Origin: Craspedostauros australis | Taxonomy: Eukaryota | Length of the DNA: 64,000 nucleotides | Direction: 5' to 3' | Assembly: GCA_030167865.1 (NCBI GenBank) | Contig: JALAGF010004074.1 | Location: 1-64,000, forward strand | In this document: piece after piece, positions 37,180-46,086 of the stretch | How positions within the stretch are numbered: position 1 is the stretch's first letter | Layout: each line of letters begins with the position of its first letter | Notes under the pieces: generated by a model | Told to the model about the DNA's origin: nothing | The model's database searches: none | The model's input: only the letters and a program-made list of their open reading frames with translations | Program-made: the position numbers and the translations under genes

Positions 37180-40100
37180 TTAGGCGCCGCAGTTGAGGCA
37201 TTCCTCCTCTTCGTTGATGCCCAAGGCAGCGGAATCGATGAGCGGCTTGGCTGGTGCGGGGTGGTTCATGCCGGTGTCATCGTCGGCTGGCTTGGCGGCA
37301 AGCTTGGCCTCGCGCAGCTTGTCGGCGAGGAGCTGCTCCTGGTTCACGGTGAACTGGATGGCATCGGCCTTGGGGCGGGTTCGCAGGTAGTACATTCCAG
37401 TCTTCAAGCCCTTCTTCCAGGCGTAGAAGTGCATGGAGGTGAGCTTGGTGGAGCTTGGGTCGGCGATGTGCACGTTCATGCTCTGGCTCTGGCAGATGAA
37501 GGGAGCGCGGTCGGCTGCCATGTCGAGGACGACGCGCTGGGAGATCTCCCACACGGTCTTGTAGACGGCGCGGACCTCCGGTGGGATCTCCGGGACGTTC
37601 TGGACGGAACCGCGGTCGGCGATGATGCGGTTGCGGACGGATGAGGTCCAGATGCCGCGTCTGGTGAGCTCGCGCAACAGATGTTTGTTGACGACGGTGA
37701 ATTCACCCGCGAGGACACGGCGGTTGTAGATGTTGGACGTGAAGGGTTCGGTGGATTCGTTGTTGCCCAGGATCTGGGCCGTGGAGGCTGTTGGCATCGG
37801 TGCGACGAGCAACGAGTTGCGCAGTCCATGCTCGGCAATCCGAGCCTTGAGGCTGGCCCAGTCCCAGCGGTTGCTGGGTTGGATGTTCCAAAGGTCGAAC
37901 TGCAGCTTGCCCTTGCTGGCTGGCGATCCCTCGTAGGACTCGTAGTGACCGAGTTCCTCTGCGAGTTCGCAACTGGACGTGCAGGCACCGAAGTAGATGG
38001 TCTCGAAGATTTCGCGGTTCAGCTTGGCTGCCTCCGGCGACTCGAACGGGATGTTGAGGATCATGAAGACATCTGCGAGGCCTTGCACGCCGATTCCGAT
38101 CGGGCGGTGTCTCATGTTCGAGTTGCGTGCCTCCGGGATGGGGTAGTAGTTGCGATCGATGATCTTGTTGAGGTTGCGTGTGATGACCATGGTGACCTCT
38201 TTGAGCTTGTCGAAGTCGAAGATCTTTGGCGAGTTGGGCTGATCGAAGGTGTTCTCCAAAGGACGCACGAGGCTGCTGAGACTGATGGAGGCGAGGTTGC
38301 AGACAGCGGTCTCATCAGGCGCGGTGTACTCCATGATCTCCGTGCACAGGTTGGAGCAGCGGATGGTTCCGAGGTTCTGCTGGTTGGACTTCGAGTTGGC
38401 ATGGTCCTTGTACAGCATGTACGGTGTGCCAGTCTCCACCTGCGAGTCCAGGATGGCGAACCAGAGATCCTGCGCCTTGATGGTCTCGCGTGCCAGTCCC
38501 TGGCTCTCGTAGCGTTCGTAGAGCTCCTTGAAGTCGTTGCCCCAAACATCGGCAAGTCCTGGTGCCTCGTGCGGGCAGAACAGGGACCACGTGCCGTTGC
38601 TCTGGACACGCTCCATGAAGAGGTCGGAGATCCAGAGGGCGTAGAAGAGATCACGCGCACGGTCGGCTTCGTTTCCGTGATTCTTGCGCAGGTCGAGGAA
38701 CCCCATGATGTCCGCATGCCACGGCTCGAGGTAGATGGCGATGGATCCCTTGCGCTTGCCGCCGCCCTGGTCGACGTATCGCGCAGTGTTGTTGAAGACG
38801 CGGAGCATGGGGATGATGCCGTTGGATGTCCCGTTGGTTCCCGCAATGTAGGATTGGCTGGCACGGATGTTGTGGATGGCGAGGCCGATTCCGCCGGCGT
38901 ATTTGGAGATGATGGCACAGTCCTTGAGCGTGTCGTAGATGCCGTCGATGGAGTCCTCCTTCATGGTGAGGAGGAAGCAGGAAGACATCTGCGCGTTTGG
39001 CGATCCGGCGTTGAAGAGAGTCGGTGTGGCGTGGGTGAAGTACTTTCCGGAAAGCATCTCGTACGTCTCGATGGCAGCATCGATGTCATCGCCGTGAATG
39101 CCAACGGCGACGCGCATGAGCATCATCTGCGGACGCTCCACGATCTTGCCGTGCATCTTGAGCAGGTAGCTCTTCTCCAGCGTCTTGAAGCCGAAGTAAT
39201 CGTACTCGTAATCTCTGTCGTGCACGATGGAAGAATCCAACCGCTCCTTGTGCTTCATGACTGTTTGGTAGTGCTCCTGGGACACCAGCGATGCTGGCTT
39301 GTTGGTCTTTGGGTGCACATAGCTGTAGAGTGCCTGTGTCAGCTCCGAGAAGGACTTCGTGGTGAGCTTGTGGAGGTTGGAGACGGAGATGCGTGCAGCC
39401 AGGATGGAGTAATCCGGGTGCTGCGTAGCGAAGGAGGCTGCGGTTTGCGCTGCCAATCTGCAAGAGCGACAATGTGACCATCAGCGCGTTTGTTGCGTGC
39501 GTTGCGTGCGTTTTGTGTTGGGTTTGGAATTGGGCAGATTTCATGCCAAGAAAAGGTGAAGCAAGACAGACAGAGAGACGTGGGGTTCAATAATGTGAGT
39601 GCTCGTTCAGCGATAGACCAAAAGTATCATTATCGTGTGTTGCATTGGAGACAGACAGACAGTGACGTTGGCAACATCGTTGCCTGATGGGTGAGAGACC
39701 ACTGAGCCATGATGCGGTCTTCAACAAAGCAACGCAGAAAGTGATCGAATTCATGACGTACTCATCGAGCTCGCTGGTGGTGACTCCTGGGTACACACCC
39801 TGGATGACCTTCTGCGAGATGATTACTGGGTCAACGTGCTGTTGTTGTTCCATCGCGGTTGTTGTCCGTTGTTGTTGTTGTTGTTGTTGTTGTTGTTCGG
39901 GTCAGTGCGTGGCAATGCAAGTGGAAGATTGGGATGAGGCAGTGTGAGCAACATTGCGATGTACGGCGCAGATGTTGACGTGGAGGAGGGTGCAGTTACA
40001 AACCATTTTGTTCGTTACTTCATGCCAATGCCAAACCTTTCATTTTTCGTCCATCTCTTGTTCTTGGTGCTTGTTACTGCAGTTGCTGCATGTGTGCTTT

Positions 40101-40208
40101 GCGTACCTTTTGCTCCAATCCGTAGCACAGCTTTTGGATGCGGCTTGTGATCTTGTCAAAATGCACCGCCTCCTTGTGGCCATCGCGCTTCAAGACAAAG
40201 AAGGACAT
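37180..40208 (-). CDS. RNR1: Ribonucleoside-diphosphate reductase large subunit (class I); exons 40208..40107, 39838..39762, 39457..37180
   Basis: ATP cone 'VLKRDG...FDKITSRI', [27 protein letters not shown] and C-terminal CxxC. Introns keep frame. Confidence 0.97.
39868..39897 (+). repeat. (GTT)n microsatellite in RNR1 intron 1
   Basis: About 10 consecutive GTT units. Confidence 0.9.
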
Positions 40209-40448
40209 GGTTGATGTGTGTGTGCGTGTGTGTGATGCGCGGACTTGTGGGAATATGCTTTTTTGTGTGCAATGGAGTTTCTTCGTTGTTGCTGCTCGTT
40301 GGTTCTTGCTCGTTGCTTGCTCTTTGATGTTGTGTCTGACTTGGTTGCTCAATGTTGGGATTGGCAAGTTATGATACCACCTTGATCCAGGAGAGTGGCA
40401 GACGGGATGAAGGATGCTTTTGGGCAAGAAAGATGATGGAGAAGAAGT

Positions 40449-40726
40449 TGGGTGAGAGAATCGCCAAAATGTGACAGACAACGAAAGCAGCTCTTTTGTG
40501 TGTGTGTTGAGTCAGGGAACCAGACCAACACGCGAACGCGACGCACTCGACCGAACCATTTCAGCGATGCACGTTGTTTTCGTGCGATCATCGATGGCTG
40601 CGCGCGCCAGAATTGCGCGCTCGTGCTTTTCCGTGTCGACGGTGACAAACGCGCCAAAAAAGTGTGACATATCAACGCCTAAATAAGTCCCTTCTTCGAG
40701 GAATCGACTTCGCGCCAAAATTCAAA
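40449..40726. promoter_or_regulatory. Divergent RNR1/XRCC3 promoter with E2F-like and CDE-CHR-like motifs
   Basis: TTCGCGCCAAAATTCAAA at 40709..40726, ACGCGCCAAAAA at 40649..40660, and further CGCG/CGCC-AAAA elements nearby. Confidence 0.5.
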
Positions 40727-41277
40727 ATGTGTGTTTCATTCGGGTTGATCGGTATCTTCGACTAGTTCGAGCACACAACTTTCGACACAAACAGAGTCGA
40801 TCCCGAATTTGCATCCGACAGCGACCACCAAGAACAACACCAACGGCGGCACACACAGGCACACCCAACAAAGCTGGAGGGAAAAAAATGGGTCAGCACA
40901 AAGGGCGTCGGTCACAACATCGAGAGAGTCGTTGGATGGGGTGTACACACTAGTTCAACTACGAGTTCAACTACGAGTGCTTCCAGAGCCAAAGACAAAA
41001 CGCAGGAAAGAGAGGAAGGGAGAACGAGATCGGCAGCACTTCACGCCAACCTGCCACCATCCGCCACCGAGAAGGAGAAGACAGAGGAGTGCCTCATACT
41101 TGCCTCCAATTCGCTTCAATTGCGTCGCGTTATCTCGCGCCATTTCCCGTTGCCACCATCCTGCCAAGCCAGCCTGTGTCTGTGTGTTTGTTGGTGTGAG
41201 TGTTCCATTCATAACACAACAAGAACATAATACTCTTGTGTATTGGACTTGCCGTACAATAAAAGAGAACAGAAAGG

Positions 41278-42834
41278 ATGCCTCCATCAGTTGATGCCTT
41301 ACCCATGCGCGTCGACTCCCATGGGTCTTACGCCCAAGAGCAACAGCACCAAGAGCAACAGCACCAAGAGCAACAACATCAGCAGAAACGGCAGCATCCA
41401 CAGCACCAACAGGTTCATCAGACGATCATGCATGGATGGGATCAGAAGCCAGCAGCTGTCGTGACACCCCCTCAGACCAATGGATATGCGAAGAAGCAAG
41501 GATACGAGTATGTGTTATCGTCGTCTCCTCACAACAAGCGTCAACGTAACGAACGCACAAACTCGTATGCCAACAGCCACGACCAACGCAGGCAGTGGGA
41601 AGGACGGAATCACAGCCGGTGTCCTCCATACGTCGTTGGGCGTCCATCACACCTTCATGGACGTGTGCAGGTTGCAGTTCCAACACCAAAAACGGCGCTG
41701 CAGATGCTGTTGGAGGAGCACAAGCAACGCAGACCTGATCTGCACAGGAACCGCTCATCATCCAATCGTAACGGTCCGAATGGCGAAAGCCAGGCAGATG
41801 ACGAGGATGATGCCCAGAATGCAACGGAGGCGACAGGCCCTGCAATCCCACTGTGCGTCTCTCTCTTCCCGGGCAGACCAGATCTCATCCTGCTTCCGCA
41901 GCATCTCACACAGATCGCCGGACCTGCTGGATCTGGCAAGACGCAGTTGGCATTGCAGCTGTGCACAAGATTGGGAGTGCAACAGCAGTCGTCGGTCTAC
42001 CTCACCATGGGATTTTCTGGCATGACGGACGCCAAGTTGGCCAGGCGCATCAAGGCGATCCTCCTGGCGTCCATCAAACCAGCAGACACAGGCAGTCGCG
42101 GTGCGAACAAGAAGGCAGCGCCTTCGAGTCAGCACCTGTCACCGGAAATGGATCAATTCGTGAAGGAAGTGCTGGGGAGGATACATCTCGGCAGAGTCGT
42201 CAATCCTGATGATTTGGAGGCCACGTTGAGTCGCAAGCTGCCTGAACTGTTGAACAGAAACAACCAGCGGAACAGCAGCAACACAAACAGTAGCAACACA
42301 GGACAGCAGCAGGAGCAGCAGCAGGGATCAGCAACAGCCCCCATTTCGTTGGTGGTTCTTGACAGCATGGCAAACGTATTTCGAATACCCGAAGGGGAAG
42401 GCTCCGGTGCGTCCTCCAAGCAGGCTGCATCATTCAATGGATTCGCCTCGTCGAAATGGTGCGAACGGTCCTCGAGCTTTTTCAAAACGGCGACGAAGTG
42501 CCAAAAGCTGGCAGCCAAGTACAACGTCGCCTTTCTATTCCTCAACCAAGTCACGACCCGATTGTCATCCAACGAAGACAATCGCAACAAAGATGACAAG
42601 ACACCACCCAGAAAATGTATCACGCAACCGGCCTTGGGTTTGGCATGGTCACATTGCATGAACGCGACGTACATGATCACGAAGCGGCAAGGCTCGGGAA
42701 GCCGCAGCAAATCATCGATGGTGGCAACACGTGTATTGGAGTGCTTGAAGTCGCCGCATGTGGGGCGAGAGGACACGCAGGCAGCATTCTTCATTGATCA
42801 TCGTGGACCCATCCTGGTACCCACCAGCAGATAG
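41278..42834 (+). CDS. Rad51 paralog (XRCC3-like)
   Basis: Walker A 'QIAGPAGSGKTQLALQL', Walker B 'LVVLDSMA', 'FLNQV', 'PALGLAWSH'. Confidence 0.8.
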   Translation: MPPSVDALPMRVDSHGSYAQEQQHQEQQHQEQQHQQKRQHPQHQQVHQTIMHGWDQKPAAVVTPPQTNGYAKKQGYEYVLSSSPHNKRQRNERTNSYANSHDQRRQWEGRNHSRCPPYVVGRPSHLHGRVQVAVPTPKTALQMLLEEHKQRRPDLHRNRSSSNRNGPNGESQADDEDDAQNATEATGPAIPLCVSLFPGRPDLILLPQHLTQIAGPAGSGKTQLALQLCTRLGVQQQSSVYLTMGFSGMTDAKLARRIKAILLASIKPADTGSRGANKKAAPSSQHLSPEMDQFVKEVLGRIHLGRVVNPDDLEATLSRKLPELLNRNNQRNSSNTNSSNTGQQQEQQQGSATAPISLVVLDSMANVFRIPEGEGSGASSKQAASFNGFASSKWCERSSSFFKTATKCQKLAAKYNVAFLFLNQVTTRLSSNEDNRNKDDKTPPRKCITQPALGLAWSHCMNATYMITKRQGSGSRSKSSMVATRVLECLKSPHVGREDTQAAFFIDHRGPILVPTSR

Positions 42835-43096
42835 AACATGACATGCTCGTCGCGGTGTGGCCAACAATCCATAGTGATTTCAGCAAGCTGCATATGCCAC
42901 CGTTGATGATTCTGCTCTCTCTAATTCATTTCTTACATCCAGCACGGATAGGTTTTCACAGTTTTGATTTCAGAGTCTTCCCACTTTGCGGAAGCAGCGC
43001 CGTTCCAAACTTTTGTCCTTGTGGATACTACCAGATGTATAGCACACTGCTCTGCTCTGTACTCTGCTCTACTCTACTCTCTGTTGTTCTCAAACA

Positions 43097-45244
43097 TCAC
43101 GACATCGACATTCCACGGTGCTTGGAGCTGCGCATTGCGATCTCTACTGGGTTGATGGGGTCCTTGAGCTTCCACGTTCCCATCATGCAGCAGCAATCGT
43201 GTTCCACCTGGATGGATGCCAAGGTGTTGCGCTTGTAGGCCATCTGCTTGGCCCCGGTGGCCTTTGCAACATCGCGGGGTGTCTTGATGACGAATTTGGA
43301 ATCCCTCTCCGGACCAGCGAGCGGATTCTCCTTCAGCTCGTCCAATCCAAGCTCATCCGCCATGAGCGTCATAATGAAGCGTTTGGGGCGGAAGGTGCGC
43401 AGCACGTTGTTCACGAGGCTGCGGTAGGATGACACCTTCTGGTTGGTTTCGAAAGACACGTACGACGAGCCCGACTCAGGCGTAATGTGGATGGTGGAGT
43501 AGGATTTGAACAGGATAGCATTCATGCTGTACCCGCACGGCTCGAAGGCTCGGTCGTCGATGATGGCGCCCGGGCAGAGAACGTCGATGCCCGAGTTGCG
43601 CGTTTGCTCGCGGGAGATACGTTTGGCCTCTTCATCCTTCGTCTCGTCCTGTCGGTCCGTGTCATAATTCTCGTACATGAAGACGTTGGCAACATCTTCG
43701 TCGATGTCGAACATCATGATGTTCAACACGCGGTCCGTGTCGGTCTCGAGAGAATGGGCACGGATTGTGTTATCGGCGACGTACACGAACCAATGGTCGG
43801 CAGTCACTGATCACGTATGTAGATGTTGTCGTTCGTTCGTGTGTTCGTTCGTTGGTTTAAGGAAAGAAGTGGTTTGAATAGGCTGGAACAAGTTGGTTTC
43901 AGTCCAAGTACTGGAGTACCATACGTTTGGGCGTGCAACCAACTAATGCTGGCTGTTTGCATTCACGTTGTTGCACAGAGTACCAATACATTCACATCCG
44001 CATCCGCATCCACACCCACGAGTGCATTGTCCCCATTATACTCGTACGAACACATGCCATCAGGAGCGCTGTACTCACGCGGTCCAAGGGTGTAGCCGTT
44101 GCCATTCAAACGGTCGCACAGGCTCTTGTGGCTGTTCAAGTACTCCAACTCCTGTAGGAAGGATTGATGGGGGAAGCACTGGTCGCCTGGGAAGTTGAAG
44201 TTCTTTCGGCTGTAGCCCACCCAGTCAATTTCCAAGCCAAGGCGATGTCCCAGCTTGATGAGGATGGCGATGCACCGGAGAAGCGTTGTTGTGCCGCACG
44301 TTTTCAGCACCATCATGTAAGGATAGACGAAGAGCGATGATTCGCTGAGTACGTACGCCTGTGGTCGCGCAATGTGTTTACCATAGTGAGGCATGGTATA
44401 CATACCAGCATGCATAAAGGTGAAAGAGTAGAGCAGATGAGTAGGAGGTCAGATGGCGTGAGGACAATCTCAACTCAATGGCTTGGCCGCAAACGAATAC
44501 TGTGCGTGTCGCCACTCCACAATCACGCAACTCGTCACACCCACACTTACATCCAAATATTGATTGGACACGCTGGACATGATGGTGCACTTGGCCCTTT
44601 CGCAGACCCGATCGAGATTCGCCCTGCTGAGCTGACGCAATCCGATGCGGCCATTCTGATCCGGCGTATCCACCACATTCTCTTCCTTCTTGCGGAAGCA
44701 GACCTCCAGCGTTTTCTCCGGACCTTCAAAGACGCCCGTGTATTCTCGCATTCCGCTGGACGTGTCATCGTCAGAAATGAGATCATCCAACGGTGCTGTC
44801 ACTTGCGTCTCATTGTCATGGTGAAGCCTGCCTTCGGCTGGTGGCTCCGACGGCCGGATGGCCATGTCGTCTGACTGACTTGCGATCAATTCTGGGTTGG
44901 TGCTTGGCACCATCGTTAACTGTGAGCGCTGATGCGAGTACAATCCGATGTCATGCGATGCGGCACGATTGGATGTAATTAAAATGACGATTGTTCCACG
45001 TGATGAAGAGGGTTGTTGAAAGTCGTAAAATGAGGTTGAAGTGTTGTGGAGTCGAGTGGAGCACTCAACTTTATTATGCCAACATGAAAGAGGAACGCCA
45101 CATTGGTTGGCTGGAGACCATCAGTGCAACTCCAAAGGCCGACAGTCTGCCAAGGAGCGGGCAATTGGTTTTGTTCCTCTCGTGCGGATTCACTGAATGA
45201 AACAGTTCTCTCGGCTGGAGGCCAAAAGCTCAACTTACCTCCAT
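43097..45244 (-). CDS. SAMDC: S-adenosylmethionine decarboxylase proenzyme; exons 45244..45239 (tentative ATG GAG; alternative start ATG at 44913), 44919..44551, 44358..44079, 43806..43097
   Basis: FEGPEKTLEV, autocleavage site YVLSE|SSLFV, KTCGTT, PHQSF, FEPCGYSMN, TIHITPE. All introns are GT..AG and keep frame. Confidence 0.93.
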
Positions 45245-45434
45245 CCGTACTCGTGATCGTCCGTGTCCTTGGCAATGAATCCACAGCACCGTCGCATTGT
45301 CGCTATCGACTACCTTTCTGCAACCACAACGACATCATGCGTGGTGGTGGGTTTGGAGTTGTTGGTCTTCGCGCCGATGCCAAACAGAGCAGAGAGTCCC
45401 TCCAGCTTCGCATCACGCACACTCATCGTGTCAT
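44916..45434 (-). promoter_or_regulatory. uORF array in the putative SAMDC 5' leader: MTR* 45434..45423; 38-aa 45426..45310; 36-aa 45413..45303; spliced 20-aa 45297..45239 + 44919..44916
   Basis: Read directly from the minus strand. An A/C-rich leader-like tract precedes them and a GTAAGT donor at 45238 follows. Transcription of the whole stretch is inferred. Confidence 0.6.
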
Positions 45435-46086
45435 CCTTTGTCGTTCTTTGCGCAGTTGTTGCCTTCTTGTTTGTTGCCGCATCGCAAACCCAGACTCAAA
45501 TTTGAATTTCCGTTCGACTCTTTTGGTGGTCGTGAGGTGCCTCATTTTGATTAGTTCGATCATAAGACAACATTGTAAACATGTTGTCTTGCTTCGATCC
45601 AACAGGCTACGACGGTGATGGGCGTGTTCGCAACACACGTCATTCCAGTGGCACATGACGCAAGAAAAGGAATTCACGATTGCATGGATCTCACAAGACT
45701 CGCTGTACACAATGTTGACACTGCGATTCACGATTCCATACGTGAATCAAGTACGTATGCATGCAAACCACGACAACACGACGCAAAGCACAAAAACGAA
45801 CGCACACACAGGTGCCCAATCGGCAACATGCTGATTTGTGGGGATGTGCGGATTGGCGGACGATGACAGGATCCTTCCTTTTTGGGTTGGTTTCGTTTGG
45901 GTTGGTTTCGTTTGGATTGGTTGTCGTGGACCCGCGCAAAGCAGTTGCAACCACGGTGAAAGCCAACAACCGCGACAACTCCAGCTTCGGGAACGTCCAA
46001 GCCATCATCGTCGATCGCAGCATCGTCCCCCTCGTCATAGAGCAGCTATAATCTACCGAATAGCAACAGAACAGAACCTCGGCACC

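Noticed and set aside
37681-39477. 598-aa plus-strand ORF antisense to RNR1 (similar cases at 9598..11166, 6281..7423, 30514..31620, 47617..48714)
   Set aside because: Shadow ORFs caused by strong codon bias of the real gene on the other strand; no protein motifs.
43000-43099. AMD1-like long readthrough tail after the SAMDC stop
   Set aside because: An in-frame TAG follows within 7 codons.
44979-45284. 101-aa minus-strand ORF in the track upstream of SAMDC
   Set aside because: Non-ATG start, and it runs through the predicted intron; the spliced uORF model fits better.
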